Notes: generated by a model from the letters alone, not told the origin. 64,000 bases of DNA from Pontiella sp. (GCA_050290185.1 JBNKHE010000001.1:450713-514712), one strand, 5' to 3'. Counted from the first letter of the stretch, positions 47,463-58,775 are shown. Made by a program: numbers and translations.

Positions 47463-48008
47463 TTAGTTGCCCGTTGAAAACGGCATTCCCATCAGCGTCA
47501 GAAGCTCTTTGGCTTCCGTATCGGTCTTGGCCGACGTAACAAACGTGATGTCCATACCGTGCGTCTTCTTGACCTTGTCCGGATCGATTTCCGGGAACAC
47601 AGTCTGTTCCTGCAGGCCCATCGAATAGTTGCCCTGTCCATCGAACGAATTGCCCGGGATGCCGCGGAAGTCGCGGATACGCGGCAGCGTAACGTTGACG
47701 AGGCGGTCCATGAATTCATACATCCGATTGCCGCGCAGAGTAACCCGTGCGCCGATCGGCATACCTTCACGCAACTTAAAGTTCGATACGCTCTTCTTGG
47801 CCTTCGTAATAACAGCCTTCTGACCGGTAATTTTGCCGAGGTCATCGGCAAGCGCGGTCAGAGTATCGCGGTCATTCGACAGCGATACACAAAGATTGAG
47901 CACAATCTTCTTCATTGCGGGAACCTGCATTTTGCTCGAGTAGCCCTGGCTTTCCATCAGCTTGGGAGCTACCGCGTCTTGATATTTTGTTTTCAGTGTT
48001 GGGGCCAT
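47463..48008 (-). CDS. rplE: 50S ribosomal protein L5
   Basis: ITGQK, FKLREG, LPRIRDFRG, FPEI. Confidence 0.97.
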   Translation of the reverse strand: MAPTLKTKYQDAVAPKLMESQGYSSKMQVPAMKKIVLNLCVSLSNDRDTLTALADDLGKITGQKAVITKAKKSVSNFKLREGMPIGARVTLRGNRMYEFMDRLVNVTLPRIRDFRGIPGNSFDGQGNYSMGLQEQTVFPEIDPDKVKKTHGMDITFVTSAKTDTEAKELLTLMGMPFSTGN

Positions 48009-48051
48009 TGCACCCTTCCTCCAAAATTACGGTTCCATTCCTTGGAACGGT

Positions 48052-48279
48052 TTAGTTAGACACCTTCAAGTTTGAGATCGCGATAGGAGCTTCCTTCTCG
48101 ATGATCCCGCCCTGCGGGTTGTCTTGCGTCTTCTGCATGTGTTTCTTAACGATATTGACACCTTCAACAAATGCGCGTCCGGTCTGGGGGACAACCTCCA
48201 GAACCTTGCCGGTCTTGCCCTTGTCGTCGCCAGCGATAACCTTCACGGTGTCGCCTTTTTTGATGTGACATTTAATCAT
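48052..48279 (-). CDS. rplX: 50S ribosomal protein L24 (short form)
   Basis: IKKGDTV.VIAG.DKGK.G, EGVN, EAPI.ISN. Confidence 0.95.
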   Translation of the reverse strand: MIKCHIKKGDTVKVIAGDDKGKTGKVLEVVPQTGRAFVEGVNIVKKHMQKTQDNPQGGIIEKEAPIAISNLKVSN

Positions 48280-48296
48280 GATAAATCTCCTCTGCG

Positions 48297-48662
48297 CTAC
48301 AGGACTTCGGGCGCCAGCGAAACAACCTTCATGAAGTCATTGTCGCGGAGCTCACGGGCAACCGGTCCGAAGATGCGGGTGCCGCGCGGGTTCTTGTTGT
48401 CGTCAATAATTACGGCAGCATTGCTGTCGAACCGAAGGCAGGAGCCGTCGGCACGACGGATGGTGCTTTTGGTGCGAACCACAACCGCTTTACACAGGTC
48501 GCCCTTCTTCACCACACCATTCGGCTGTGCTTCCTTAACGGTAACGCGGATAATGTCGCCAACACGGGCGACCGAGCTCTTGGTGCCGAGTACGCGGATG
48601 CACATCACACTGCGTGCACCCGAGTTGTCCGCTACTTTCAAACGTGTTTGTTCCTGAATCAT
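48297..48662 (-). CDS. rplN: 50S ribosomal protein L14
   Basis: [27 protein letters not shown]. Confidence 0.97.
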   Translation of the reverse strand: MIQEQTRLKVADNSGARSVMCIRVLGTKSSVARVGDIIRVTVKEAQPNGVVKKGDLCKAVVVRTKSTIRRADGSCLRFDSNAAVIIDDNKNPRGTRIFGPVARELRDNDFMKVVSLAPEVL

Positions 48663-48674
48663 CGCTATCTACCC

Positions 48675-48941
48675 CTATTTGGCCGATTCCGCAACGACAT
48701 CCACCAGACGCCAGCGTTTCATGCGGCTGATCGGGCGGGTTTCCATCACGCGGACAACGTCGCCAACCTTGGCGCGGTTTTCTTCGTCGTGGGCGTGAAC
48801 CTTCTTTGAGACGCGGATTTCCTTGCCGTACAGCGGATGGCGGATACGACGCTCGATCAGTACAACGATCGTCTTATCGCCGCTTACGCTGGAGACACGG
48901 CCTTCGCGGGTCTTTCTGAGATGTCTTTTTGTCTCTTCCAT
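48675..48941 (-). CDS. rpsQ: 30S ribosomal protein S17
   Basis: KTIVV, HPLYGK, AHDE, ETRPIS.MKRW. Confidence 0.96.
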   Translation of the reverse strand: MEETKRHLRKTREGRVSSVSGDKTIVVLIERRIRHPLYGKEIRVSKKVHAHDEENRAKVGDVVRVMETRPISRMKRWRLVDVVAESAK

Positions 48942-48946
48942 GACCT

Positions 48947-49141
48947 CTACCCTTCAACTTTCTTTGCATTTTGGATGGTCTTGATGCGGGCAACCGTACG
49001 GCGCAATTCCTTGATGCGCGCCGGGTTTTCCAGCTGACCTGAAACCTGCTGGAGCTTCAGATTGAACCGCTCCTTCTTGATTTCATCCAGCTGCTGGTCC
49101 AGCTCCTCCACCGTCATTTCTTTTAATTCCTTAACCTTCAT
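48947..49141 (-). CDS. rpmC: 50S ribosomal protein L29
   Basis: ELKEM..EEL, GQLENP, VARIKT. Confidence 0.95.
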   Translation of the reverse strand: MKVKELKEMTVEELDQQLDEIKKERFNLKLQQVSGQLENPARIKELRRTVARIKTIQNAKKVEG

Positions 49142-49156
49142 GGCCCATCCCTATCT

Positions 49157-49576
49157 TTAATCGTGAGCATGCCGCTGTACGAACCGGGCGCGGATCGGCA
49201 GCTTGGTAGCTGCAAGGCGGAGACATTCCTTCGCCAGCGATTCCGGAATCCCGTCCATTTCAAAAAGCATGGTTCCAGGTTTTACCACGGCGACCCAGGT
49301 GTCGACACCGCCTTTACCCTTACCCATACGAACTTCCAACGGCTTCTTCGTAATCGGTTTGTCGGGGAATATGCGAATCCACAGCTTCCCTTTACGTTTC
49401 ATGGCACGGTTTGCGGCAATACGGCACGCTTCGATCTGGATATTGGTAATCCATCCGCGTTCCAAGGCCTGAAGACCGTACTCCCCATAGGCCAGCTGGT
49501 TGCCGGATTGCGCGAGACCGCGACGGGAACCACGCTGGACCTTCCTGTGTTTAACTCTCTTTGGCATCAAAGGCAT
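49157..49576 (-). CDS. rplP: 50S ribosomal protein L16
   Basis: [23 protein letters not shown]. Confidence 0.97.
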   Translation of the reverse strand: MPLMPKRVKHRKVQRGSRRGLAQSGNQLAYGEYGLQALERGWITNIQIEACRIAANRAMKRKGKLWIRIFPDKPITKKPLEVRMGKGKGGVDTWVAVVKPGTMLFEMDGIPESLAKECLRLAATKLPIRARFVQRHAHD

Positions 49577-49587
49577 GGTTCAAACTC

Positions 49588-50232
49588 CTAGGCTTTCTTT
49601 TCCGCTTTCTTTTCCGCTTCCTTGCAGATCCACACCTTGATGCCGATGATACCGGCAACGGTGTTGGCTTCCGCCGTACCGTAATCGATATTGGCGCGCA
49701 GGGTGTGCAGCGGGATCTTGCCTTCCTTATAGCTTTCCGAACGCGCAATTTCAGCACCGTTCAAGCGACCGGCCGCGAGAATCTTGATGCCAAGGGCACC
49801 ATTATCCATCGCCATCTGAATCGCACGCTTCATGGCGCGGCGGTGAGACACACGGCGTTCGAGCTGCATGGCCACGTTAGCGGCAACCAAGGTGGCGTCG
49901 GTATCGGGCGATTTCACTTCGGCAATCTCGATGTAGACTTCCTTCTTGGTCATCTTGGCGAGCAATTCACGAAGCTTATCGATATCTTCGCCCTTGCGGC
50001 CAATGACCAGTCCCGGACGTGCACTCTTGATGGTCACGCGGATACGGTTTGCATAACGCTCAATGTAGATATCCGACACAGCCGCGTCCTTGAGGCGTTC
50101 GGCAACCAGTTTACGGATGTCGGTGTCTTCCTTGAGCATGGTGCCGAAGTCACGCTTTTCCGCGTACCAGCGCGAACGCCAGTCCTTGGTCAATGCGAGT
50201 CTTAGCCCAATAGGATTTACTTTCTGACCCAA
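49588..50232 (-). CDS. rpsC: 30S ribosomal protein S3 (TTG start)
   Basis: GQKVNPIGLRL, RPGLVIG, GRLNGAEIAR, PLHTLRANIDY. Confidence 0.97.
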   Translation of the reverse strand: MGQKVNPIGLRLALTKDWRSRWYAEKRDFGTMLKEDTDIRKLVAERLKDAAVSDIYIERYANRIRVTIKSARPGLVIGRKGEDIDKLRELLAKMTKKEVYIEIAEVKSPDTDATLVAANVAMQLERRVSHRRAMKRAIQMAMDNGALGIKILAAGRLNGAEIARSESYKEGKIPLHTLRANIDYGTAEANTVAGIIGIKVWICKEAEKKAEKKA

Positions 50233-50251
50233 AATGGTCTCCTTTCGTCAA

Positions 50252-50587
50252 CTACGCGTTGTCGGTTAATATAATGGTTACGTGGCTGGTCTTCTTCTGA
50301 ATCGGACTGGCCATGCCACGGGCACGCGGACGGAATCTCTTCATCATCGGTCCGCCATCCACAATGGCGTTCTTTACAAACAGGCTCTCCACAGACAAAC
50401 CCTCGTTGTTTTCGGCATTTGCAATCGCCGACTTCAGGGTTTTGCCAATCTGGACAGCAGCCTTGCGGGCGTTGAACTCGGTAATGCGCAATGCATCCGC
50501 AACCGGCAAACCTTTGATCTCGTTTGCCAGGTCACGCGCCTTGGTAGGCGACATTCTCACATATTTAGTTGTTGCTGACACTTCCAT
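50252..50587 (-). CDS. rplV: 50S ribosomal protein L22
   Basis: SP.KAR, LKSAIANA, KRFRPRARG, TSH. Confidence 0.97.
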   Translation of the reverse strand: MEVSATTKYVRMSPTKARDLANEIKGLPVADALRITEFNARKAAVQIGKTLKSAIANAENNEGLSVESLFVKNAIVDGGPMMKRFRPRARGMASPIQKKTSHVTIILTDNA

Positions 50588-50674
50588 GGTGTTTTCACTC
50601 TCATTTTGTCCACGGTGTAAAGGGCGGACAGTTTATGTAATTGTTTTTTGAAATCCAGCGATTTCAGCAAAAAA

Positions 50675-50944
50675 CTACTTCTCCGTAGCCATACCGTGGG
50701 TTCTGAAGGCGCGGGTAGGCGAAAATTCGCCCAGTTTGTGCCCGACCATGTTTTCCGTAACAAACACCGGAACGAAAACTTTGCCGTTGTGAACATTGAA
50801 CGTGTGTCCCACGAACTCCGGAACAATCATCGATCCGCGCGCCCAGGTTTTGATCGGAGCCTTGCGTCCCGAATCTTCCAGCTTGCGAACCTTCTTGACC
50901 AGTTTCAAATCTACGTATGGGCCTTTTTTCAGTGAACGTGCCAT
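50675..50944 (-). CDS. rpsS: 30S ribosomal protein S19
   Basis: [24 protein letters not shown]. Confidence 0.97.
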   Translation of the reverse strand: MARSLKKGPYVDLKLVKKVRKLEDSGRKAPIKTWARGSMIVPEFVGHTFNVHNGKVFVPVFVTENMVGHKLGEFSPTRAFRTHGMATEK

Positions 50945-50946
50945 AA

Positions 50947-51774
50947 CTATTTCTTCCTCCGTTCAACAATATACTTGTTGCTCTGCTTGGCCTTGTTGCG
51001 CGTACGCTTACCCTTGGCAAGCAAGCCCCAGGGCGACTTCGGATGGCCACCACCGGAGGTGCGGCCTTCACCACCACCCATCGGATGGTCAACCGGGTTC
51101 ATGGCAACACCGCGTACGGTCGGACGAATGCCCAACCAGCGCTTACGGCCGGCCTTGCCCATTACGATGCTGTCGTGCTCAACGTTTCCAACGCGGCCGA
51201 TCGTGGCCAGGCAGTTGGTGCGGACGAGCCGGATTTCGCCGGACGGCATCTTGATGTGTGCGAATTCCGATTCACGGGACATCAGCTGCGCCGAAGTACC
51301 GGCGGAACGGACCAGCTGGCCGCCCTTTCCGGCAACGAGCTCAATGTTGTGCACAGACATCCCCACCGGAATCTTGCTCAGCGGCAGAGCGTTACCCACT
51401 GCAGGCTCGGCATCCGGACCGGACATCAGGGTGGTGCCTACCTTCAAACCGGCGGGAGCGATAATGTAACGCTTTTCACCATCGGCATAGTTCAGCAGGG
51501 CAATACGTGCGGAGCGGTTCGGATCGTACTCAACCGAGGCAACCTTGGCAGGGATGCCAAACTTGTCGCGCTTGAAATCGATCAGGCGGTAGCGGCGCTT
51601 GTGCCCGCCCCCGCGATGGCGCACGGAAATACGTCCCGCGCTGTTGCGGCCGGCATTACTCTTCTTCGCCTTCACCAGCGAACGCTCGGGCGTCGACTTG
51701 GTGATATCGGCGAAATCGGACAACACCATGTGCCGGCGACTTGGTGTGTACGGTTTGTGTGCTTTTAAACCCAT
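50947..51774 (-). CDS. rplB: 50S ribosomal protein L2
   Basis: [30 protein letters not shown]. Confidence 0.97.
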   Translation of the reverse strand: MGLKAHKPYTPSRRHMVLSDFADITKSTPERSLVKAKKSNAGRNSAGRISVRHRGGGHKRRYRLIDFKRDKFGIPAKVASVEYDPNRSARIALLNYADGEKRYIIAPAGLKVGTTLMSGPDAEPAVGNALPLSKIPVGMSVHNIELVAGKGGQLVRSAGTSAQLMSRESEFAHIKMPSGEIRLVRTNCLATIGRVGNVEHDSIVMGKAGRKRWLGIRPTVRGVAMNPVDHPMGGGEGRTSGGGHPKSPWGLLAKGKRTRNKAKQSNKYIVERRKK

Positions 51775-51786
51775 TGCAACAAACTC

Positions 51787-52071
51787 CTAGATCAGGTTAA
51801 TGCTGTCTTCAGCATGCAATGTAACCACGGCACGCTTCCATGCGGCGGTCGTTCCGAATTGAGCCGTGCGTTGACGCTTCTTCTTGCCTTTTCGGCTCAT
51901 CGTATTGACGGCCATAACACGGACATTGAAGAGCTCTTCCACAGCTCGCTTGATTTCTACCTTGTTGGCATCCCGGGAAACGCGGAACACATACTTGTTC
52001 TGCTCCTCGGTGAGGCGCGTTCCCTTTTCGGTCAACAAAACTTCTTTAATGACATCGGCTGAATTTCTCAT
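51787..52071 (-). CDS. rplW: 50S ribosomal protein L23
   Basis: TEK, YVF.V, ANK.EIK.AVE.LF.V.V. Confidence 0.96.
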   Translation of the reverse strand: MRNSADVIKEVLLTEKGTRLTEEQNKYVFRVSRDANKVEIKRAVEELFNVRVMAVNTMSRKGKKKRQRTAQFGTTAAWKRAVVTLHAEDSINLI

Positions 52072-52084
52072 CTCGTAGACTCCT

Positions 52085-52708
52085 TTATCCGATGCGCTGT
52101 TCCAGCGCTTCCATGCCTGCCTTGGTCACGATGACGTTCTTGTAGCGCAGGATCTGATACGTGTTGACCAGCTTGGCAGTGGCCACTTCAACACGCGAAA
52201 TATTGCGGGCGGCCAGCAGCAGGTTATCGGAGGTTTCATCCACAATGAACAGCGCGCCGCGGTCGAGACCGAGGTTCTTCATCACGGAGAAAAATTCCTT
52301 GGTCTTCGGAGCGGACAGGGTCAGCTCGTCGATCACGGTAATATCGCCCTGGTCGATCTTGGCGCTCAGCGCACGACGGAAAGCCAGTTTGGCAGCCTTC
52401 TTCGTGAGCGACTTGCTGTAATCACGCGGACGCGGACCGTGCGCAGCATGACCACCGCGCCATACATTGGACTGCTTGTAACCGGCACGTGCACGGCCCA
52501 GGCCCTTCTGCTTCCACGGCTTCTTGCCGCTGCCATTAACTTCCGCCTTGTTCAGGGTGCTGGCGGTACCGGCACGCTGGTTGGCCTGGTAGGCAACAAT
52601 CGCTTCGTGAACCGTCGCTTCGCCCTTGTCGAGGACGAGGAGATTATCCGCAACTTCATAGTCGCCGACGCTCTCTCCTTTTACATTTTTCAAAGGTATT
52701 TTGCTCAT
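52085..52708 (-). CDS. rplD: 50S ribosomal protein L4
   Basis: R.GTA, KPWKQKG.GRAR.G, GP.PR, PKTK. Confidence 0.96.
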   Translation of the reverse strand: MSKIPLKNVKGESVGDYEVADNLLVLDKGEATVHEAIVAYQANQRAGTASTLNKAEVNGSGKKPWKQKGLGRARAGYKQSNVWRGGHAAHGPRPRDYSKSLTKKAAKLAFRRALSAKIDQGDITVIDELTLSAPKTKEFFSVMKNLGLDRGALFIVDETSDNLLLAARNISRVEVATAKLVNTYQILRYKNVIVTKAGMEALEQRIG

Positions 52709-52720
52709 GATCTTCCTCGC

Positions 52721-53350
52721 TTACTTCTTTTTGAGGGCTTCCTTGATCGTAACGATGCCGCCGTTGGCGCCAGGTACGGAACCCTTCACCAGAATCAGAT
52801 TTTCTTCAGGGCGAACCTGTACGATCTTGAGATTCTGCGTGGTGACACGCTTGTTACCCATCTGACCCGGCATCTTCTTGCCCTTGAAAACGCGGGCAGG
52901 ATGTTCGCACATGCCGATCGAACCCGGACGACGGATCCAGCCGCCACCATGGGAGGCGCGACCGCCGCCAAAGTCGTAGCGTTTAACTACGCCCTGGAAA
53001 CCACGGCCCTTACCGGTTGCAACGATATCGACGAAGTTGACTTCGGCAAACGCGTTGGCGTCAATCACATCACCGACATTGACTTCGGCGCTTTCATCGA
53101 TACGGAATTCCTTGAGTATGCGCTTGGCATCAACTCCGGCCTTTTTGAAGTGTCCGAGCGCCGGCTTGTTGAGGCGCTGTTCCTTCTGGTCTTCAAAACC
53201 AAGCTGTACGGCGGAATAACCTTCCTTGTCGTTCGCTTTCAGCTGAACAACGACGCATGGACCGGCTTCGATTACCGTGACCGGTACGGCAACGCCGTCC
53301 TCGTCATAAATAGAGGTCATCCCCAGTTTCTTTCCAATCAAACCTTTCAC
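52721..53350 (-). CDS. rplC: 50S ribosomal protein L3 (GTG start)
   Basis: GKKLGMT, GY.AVQLG, KGRGFQG, RPGSIG, KG.VPG. Confidence 0.97.
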   Translation of the reverse strand: MKGLIGKKLGMTSIYDEDGVAVPVTVIEAGPCVVVQLKANDKEGYSAVQLGFEDQKEQRLNKPALGHFKKAGVDAKRILKEFRIDESAEVNVGDVIDANAFAEVNFVDIVATGKGRGFQGVVKRYDFGGGRASHGGGWIRRPGSIGMCEHPARVFKGKKMPGQMGNKRVTTQNLKIVQVRPEENLILVKGSVPGANGGIVTIKEALKKK

Positions 53351-53364
53351 GATGCCCCTCCTTC

Positions 53365-53673
53365 CTAGATCTTAATAGTGATATCGACACCCGCCGGCAG
53401 GTTGAGCTTCTTCAGCTCGTCAACCGTCTTGATGGTCGGATCAATGATGTCCAGCAAACGCTTGTGCGTGCGGATTTCAAACTGTTCCATCGACTTCTTG
53501 TTCACGTGCGGACTGCGGTTCACCGTGAAGCGTTCGATACGGGTCGGCAACGGAATAGGTCCCGCAACGCGGGCACCGGTACGACGTGCCGTTTCGACAA
53601 TTTCCGTGGCCGAGATATCGAGGACACGATGGTCGAACGACTTCAGCCTTATTCTGATACGTTGATTTGTCAT
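53365..53673 (-). CDS. rpsJ: 30S ribosomal protein S10
   Basis: [34 protein letters not shown]. Confidence 0.97.
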   Translation of the reverse strand: MTNQRIRIRLKSFDHRVLDISATEIVETARRTGARVAGPIPLPTRIERFTVNRSPHVNKKSMEQFEIRTHKRLLDIIDPTIKTVDELKKLNLPAGVDITIKI

Positions 53674-53685
53674 TTTTTCTCTCTC

Positions 53686-55821
53686 TTAGCGGTTAAGGAT
53701 AGAATCTTCCATGGACGCCGGAACCGGTTCAAACGCTTGCGGTTCCATCGTATAGCTCGCCCTACCCTTTGTTAAGGAACGCAACGATGTTGAGTATCCA
53801 AAAACTTCGGCAAGCGGTACATCCGCCTGCACGACCTGCAAATCATTTGTAGCCTTGATGTCACGGACACTGCCGCGGCGGCTGTTGAGGTCGCCCAGGA
53901 CGTCGCCCAGGTGCTCCTCGGGGGTTTCGATTTCCAGCTTCATGACCGGTTCAAGCAGAACCGGACTGGAGGCGGAAATCGCGGCGCGCAAGGCCATCAC
54001 GGCGGCCGAGCGGAAGGCCATTTCGGAGGTGTCGGTGGGATGGGTTTGGCCGCCCACGACCTTGACCGCGACATCGATAATCGCGAAGTTTCCGAGCACA
54101 CCCGTTAAAAGTGCGTCGGAAAGCCCCTCTTCAATCGCCTTGCGGTATTCGTTCGGCACTATGTTGGCCGAAACATCAAAATCGATGCTGTTTCCCGTGC
54201 CGGCGGACCTTGGTGAAACTTCCAGGGAAAGGCCGGCAAAATGGGTGTCATTGCCGATTTCACGATCAAAGGTATAACTCGCGGAGCCCTTCTTCGAAAC
54301 GCTTTCACGGTATGAGACCATCGGCTTACCGGCATTGGCGCTGACCTTGTACTCCCGCAGAATTCTGTCGCGGATGATTTCGAGGTGCAGCTCTCCCATG
54401 CCGTGAATGATGGTCTGGCCGGTTTCCTCGTTGATGGAGGTGTGGAACGTGGGGTCTTCGTCGGCCATATCCTTGAGCGCATCGACCAGCGAATCCTTGT
54501 CGGCAGTCGTCTTCGGCTCGATAGCCATGGAAATAACGGGTTCAGGAAATTCGATGTTTTCGAGCAGGATCGGATCGTTTTCCATGCAGACGGTATCGCC
54601 GGTGGTGAACAATTTCTGTCCGACCATGCCGCCAATCTCGCCGGCATAGAGTACATCGACGTCTTCGCGGTGGTTGGCATGCAAGCGCAGCAGACGGCCG
54701 ATGCGTTCGCGCTTGCGGGTGCGCGGGTTGAAAATGTTCTGCCCTTTTTTCAGCTGTCCGGCATAGATGCGAACAAAGGCCAGCTTGCCGACAAACTTAT
54801 CCGTGGCCATCTTGAATACGAGTCCGGTCAGCGGCTCGAAATCGGAAGCTTCCCGGCGAATTTCGTCCTCGGACTTCGGCGAAATGCCATGTACGGAAGG
54901 CACATCAACCGGGGAAGGAAGATAGGACACCACCGCATCAAGAAGCGGTTGAACTCCCTTGTTCTTCAGCGAGGAACCGCACAGAACGGGCACAATGTGG
55001 TTTGCGATGGTTGCACGGCGAATCGCATCAATCAGGGCCTGTTCGGAAACATCGGTATTTTCCATATAGGCTTCAAGCAGCTCTTCGTCCACCTCGGCAA
55101 CTTTTTCTATCAGCTCGGCGCGGGCCTCTTCGGCCCGGGCGGCAAGGTCAGCCGGAATATCAATGTATTCAACCTTGGAGCCGTAGTCTGTTTCGGAGAA
55201 ATTGATACCGCGCATCTTGATCAGATCCACGACACCCGTAAAGGTGTCGGAAGCGCCAATCGGCAGCTGGATAGCAACCACCGGAGCGGAGAGCTTGCTG
55301 CGCAACTCGCCGAGCACCTTGTCGAAGTCGGCACCGATGCGGTCCATCTTATTGACGAACGCAAGACGCGGGACGCTGTACCGGTTCGCCTGACGCCATA
55401 CGGTCTCGGACTGCGGCTGCACCCCTCCTACTGCGCAAAAAACGCCCACTGCGCCATCCAGTACGCGCAACGAGCGTTCAACCTCCACGGTAAAATCCAC
55501 GTGGCCGGGGGTGTCGATAATATTGATTTGATGGTTCTGCCAGAAACAGGTGGTGGCGGCACTCGTAATGGTGATGCCGCGCTCCTGCTCCTGGATCATC
55601 CAGTCCATGGTTGCGGTTCCATCGTGCACTTCGCCGATTTTGTGAACCTTTCCGCTGTAGAAGAGAATGCGTTCGGAAGTGGTCGTTTTGCCCGCATCAA
55701 TATGGGCGACGATACCGATGTTGCGAACGGTAGACAAAGCATAACCACGGCCATCGGCTTCCCGCTTGGAAACCGAGTCCTTCCCTGCTTTGTCATTCTG
55801 ATGTTTCACAACGTTTGTCAT
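53686..55821 (-). CDS. fusA: Elongation factor G (domain IV divergent)
   Basis: [34 protein letters not shown]; str-operon position. Confidence 0.93.
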   Translation of the reverse strand: MTNVVKHQNDKAGKDSVSKREADGRGYALSTVRNIGIVAHIDAGKTTTSERILFYSGKVHKIGEVHDGTATMDWMIQEQERGITITSAATTCFWQNHQINIIDTPGHVDFTVEVERSLRVLDGAVGVFCAVGGVQPQSETVWRQANRYSVPRLAFVNKMDRIGADFDKVLGELRSKLSAPVVAIQLPIGASDTFTGVVDLIKMRGINFSETDYGSKVEYIDIPADLAARAEEARAELIEKVAEVDEELLEAYMENTDVSEQALIDAIRRATIANHIVPVLCGSSLKNKGVQPLLDAVVSYLPSPVDVPSVHGISPKSEDEIRREASDFEPLTGLVFKMATDKFVGKLAFVRIYAGQLKKGQNIFNPRTRKRERIGRLLRLHANHREDVDVLYAGEIGGMVGQKLFTTGDTVCMENDPILLENIEFPEPVISMAIEPKTTADKDSLVDALKDMADEDPTFHTSINEETGQTIIHGMGELHLEIIRDRILREYKVSANAGKPMVSYRESVSKKGSASYTFDREIGNDTHFAGLSLEVSPRSAGTGNSIDFDVSANIVPNEYRKAIEEGLSDALLTGVLGNFAIIDVAVKVVGGQTHPTDTSEMAFRSAAVMALRAAISASSPVLLEPVMKLEIETPEEHLGDVLGDLNSRRGSVRDIKATNDLQVVQADVPLAEVFGYSTSLRSLTKGRASYTMEPQAFEPVPASMEDSILNR

Positions 55822-55837
55822 TTCTTTTTCAACAATC

Positions 55838-55866
55838 GGAAGGCTCCAATGAGTTTGGAACCTTCC
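55838..55866. repeat. Hairpin with TCCAA..TTGGA core in the rpsG-fusA spacer
   Basis: ggaaggctccaa-tgagt-ttggaaccttcc; related gttcca..tggaac at 48032-48048. Confidence 0.5.
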
Positions 55867-55924
55867 TGTCTATCGGCGATCCCCGTCCTACGGAGATTTC
55901 CTATATCAGCGGCACGGAGCCGTA

Positions 55925-56398
55925 TTACCAGCGGTAATGGGCAAAGGCCTTATTGGCCTGGGCCATCTTGTGCGTGTCGTCACGCTTCTTGATGGCATTT
56001 CCCTGTCCGCGGTATGCATCCATCAGCTCGATAGCCAACGCGCGCTGCATGGGAACACCCTTGCGGTTTCCGGCAAACTGGATCAACCAGCGGGTTGCGA
56101 GAGCCAGCTGACGCTTGGGCTTCACCTCCAGCGGAACCTGATAGGTCGCACCACCCACACGGCGGGACTTTACTTCCAGACGTGGGGATACGTTTTCAAG
56201 CGCAATGGTGAACACTTCAACCGGATCCTCGTCCTTGATCTGTGCCTGGATATCCTCAAGGGCTCCATAAACGATCTTGGCAGCGACCGATTTCTTGCCG
56301 CGTTCCATCACGCAGTTGATCATGTACGCCACGAGTTGATTATTGTAGCGCGGATCAGGAATCAGCTCGCGCTTTTCTGCTCTATGTCTTCTGGCCAT
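55925..56398 (-). CDS. rpsG: 30S ribosomal protein S7
   Basis: GKKS.A, EVKSRRVGGATYQVP, HKMAQANKAFAHYRW. Confidence 0.97.
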   Translation of the reverse strand: MARRHRAEKRELIPDPRYNNQLVAYMINCVMERGKKSVAAKIVYGALEDIQAQIKDEDPVEVFTIALENVSPRLEVKSRRVGGATYQVPLEVKPKRQLALATRWLIQFAGNRKGVPMQRALAIELMDAYRGQGNAIKKRDDTHKMAQANKAFAHYRW

Positions 56399-56484
56399 AT
56401 CTCAATTTCCAGTTTTTCTTAACACTAAGATCGCAAAGGTTCGAATCCTGCCTTGCCCAGCGCTCTCAGCGTCTTTCTGTTAAA

Positions 56485-56859
56485 TTAGGCTTTCGGGCGC
56501 TTCGCACCATACTTCGAACGACCGCGCTTGCGGCCATCTACACCCAAACAGTCGAGTGCACCACGAACAATGTGATAGCGAACACCCGGCAAGTCCTTTA
56601 CACGGCCGCCGCGCACCAGCACCATGCTGTGTTCCTGCAGGTTGTGCCCCTCACCACCAATGTAGGCGTTGACTTCACGGCCGTTGGTCAAACGGACACG
56701 GGCCACCTTACGCAAAGCCGAGTTCGGTTTCTTCGGGGTCTGGGTTTTAACAAGCAGACAAACACCACGACGCTGCGGGCAATTTGCCAGTGCGGGCGAT
56801 TTGCTTTTCTTCTTAGCAACCGCACGCGGCTTTCTAACCAGTTGATTAATTGTAGGCAT
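56485..56859 (-). CDS. rpsL: 30S ribosomal protein S12
   Basis: [32 protein letters not shown]. Confidence 0.98.
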   Translation of the reverse strand: MPTINQLVRKPRAVAKKKSKSPALANCPQRRGVCLLVKTQTPKKPNSALRKVARVRLTNGREVNAYIGGEGHNLQEHSMVLVRGGRVKDLPGVRYHIVRGALDCLGVDGRKRGRSKYGAKRPKA

Positions 56860-57498
56860 ATCGTTTTCCTTACTCTAGTTGCGCCGCAGACTCGAAAATC
56901 AGCAACCGCAAATCTAAAACCAAAAGTCCGCCGCAAAGCAGCACTGGTCTCTTCCGTAAAAAGACAAGCGCAGGACAGTAGTTGCCTCCTACACGTATCA
57001 CAAGCGAAAGATTCCACTTTTTATTCAGTTTATTCCGGTTTCCATCCTTCTCGCGGCGGTTCAATGCTTGCGCCACACTCCAGACAGAACTATCGGAAAA
57101 GGCACGTACAATAGAGAGTTAGCCGAAAGATTCCAGACAAAAATCCGGTTATTTTAACCCGCATTACCGCCGGAATTTATTACAGGAAAAGAGAAAATCG
57201 GTCTAATTTCCCCTCCCGCACTTGCGGTTTCCCACGAATACTCAACGAACGGCCACGATATCCGGCAGCAAAGCCCGAAATAACCAGGGGGTCATATGGA
57301 CCGCGAATTCCAGATTAAGCGCCTTCTGATCGTGATGGCAAACGCAGCGCAGATCATTAATAGAAGTGAATTAACGAGAAAAACGAGAAGTTCAAAACCA
57401 ATCCACCGACGGCGAAGGTTATGAAGGACCAGATCGTTTTCATACCCGACAGTTATATCCGCCCCCCAGCCCGACCATTGGGATACTGCTCCGGCCTA

Positions 57499-58692
57499 TC
57501 AGCTAACAAAGATCGTTCGCTGGAGGAACCAGTAGAGGCCGATTAGGGCAATGATTACGGATAGGATGGGTTTCAACCATCGACGTGCATGTGCGCTGGC
57601 GTGCTGCAGCCATAACAGTCCCGGGAAGACGAGCGCCACAATCGATAATTGCCCGGCTTCGATACCGACGTTGAAGGCCAAGAGCGGAGCCACGATACTG
57701 CGCCCGTCCTGTCCCAGCCCGACATCGCGCAATACACTGGCAAAACCGAAGCCGTGGATCAGGCCAAAGGCAAACGTCAGTAAAACGCGACCTTTGCCGA
57801 TCTCGCTCCTCAGAATGTTTTCAACACCCACATAAACAATCGATGCGGCGATGGCGGGTTCTACGATACTGGAAGGCGGTGCCCACAGGTCCAGCGCCGC
57901 CACGGAAAGTGTGACCGAGTGGGCCAGCGTAAAGCTGGTAACGATGGCAAATATATCCCGGGGCCGGCGGCAGGCCACAAGCAACCCGCCGAGAAACAGC
58001 AAGTGGTCGAAACCAAAGGCAATGTGCTCGATTCCGATCTTAAAAAAGGCAGGTGGAAACAAACATCGGGACGAACGAACCCCGGATTGCGGGTGAACCG
58101 CATCCCTGCCCCCTTCACCGACCACAGCCGAGGTTATGGAGGACGTCGCAGGCACGGCTCCGGGAAGTGATACGGTTGCACGGGGCTCGGTGGCGGTAAA
58201 CACGATGGTTTTATCCACACTTCCATCCGCAAGGATGACGTCAAGCAACATCTTGTATCCCTCGCGCATCCGGTCGAGAAATTCATTGGTCAGGGTAATC
58301 TGCCCGTCACCCGCCCGCGGATAGCGTATGGTGTAGATGCAGTCGTCCTGTTCAACCCGAAAGTCCGTACCGAGCGGATCGTACTGCTTTCCACCGACTT
58401 CCGCCTTGAAGAAGGTTTGGGCCTCCTTGGATAAAATGGACCTCGATTGTTCGAAATTAGCGTGATCAAGCCAGTTGCCTGCATTTTCAAGCTCATCTGA
58501 AACGAACGATTCGGTCACATAGGGATCAAGAATCACCTCGATGATCCAGGCATCCGGAGCCGCTCGGATTTGGGCATAGTTCAGCAGCACGTCGTGCGCG
58601 GATGCCCCCGTTGCAGCGAAGCCCAGTAATCCCATCGCACTGGTCAGGATGCTACGGAGGAGTCGGAACTTGAAAGGTTCTGGTTTTTTCAT
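57499..58692 (-). CDS. HupE/UreJ family membrane protein with N-terminal soluble domain
   Basis: Signal peptide ASAH; GIEHI..GFDHLLFL, FTLAHSVTL, FGLIHGFGFA, FNVGIE.GQ. Confidence 0.85.
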   Translation of the reverse strand: MKKPEPFKFRLLRSILTSAMGLLGFAATGASAHDVLLNYAQIRAAPDAWIIEVILDPYVTESFVSDELENAGNWLDHANFEQSRSILSKEAQTFFKAEVGGKQYDPLGTDFRVEQDDCIYTIRYPRAGDGQITLTNEFLDRMREGYKMLLDVILADGSVDKTIVFTATEPRATVSLPGAVPATSSITSAVVGEGGRDAVHPQSGVRSSRCLFPPAFFKIGIEHIAFGFDHLLFLGGLLVACRRPRDIFAIVTSFTLAHSVTLSVAALDLWAPPSSIVEPAIAASIVYVGVENILRSEIGKGRVLLTFAFGLIHGFGFASVLRDVGLGQDGRSIVAPLLAFNVGIEAGQLSIVALVFPGLLWLQHASAHARRWLKPILSVIIALIGLYWFLQRTIFVS

Positions 58693-58775
58693 CGCCCGAT
58701 ACATATGCCAGAGAACGGATCAGTCTCTAGAAAAAACAGGCATCAAGAAGCTATCCCCCATGAAGACGAGAAAGA

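Noticed and set aside
56437..56452. GGTTCGAATCC tRNA T-arm-like motif between rpsL and rpsG
   Set aside because: No acceptor stem, D-arm or anticodon arm can be built; it sits inside a degenerate palindrome on the non-coding strand
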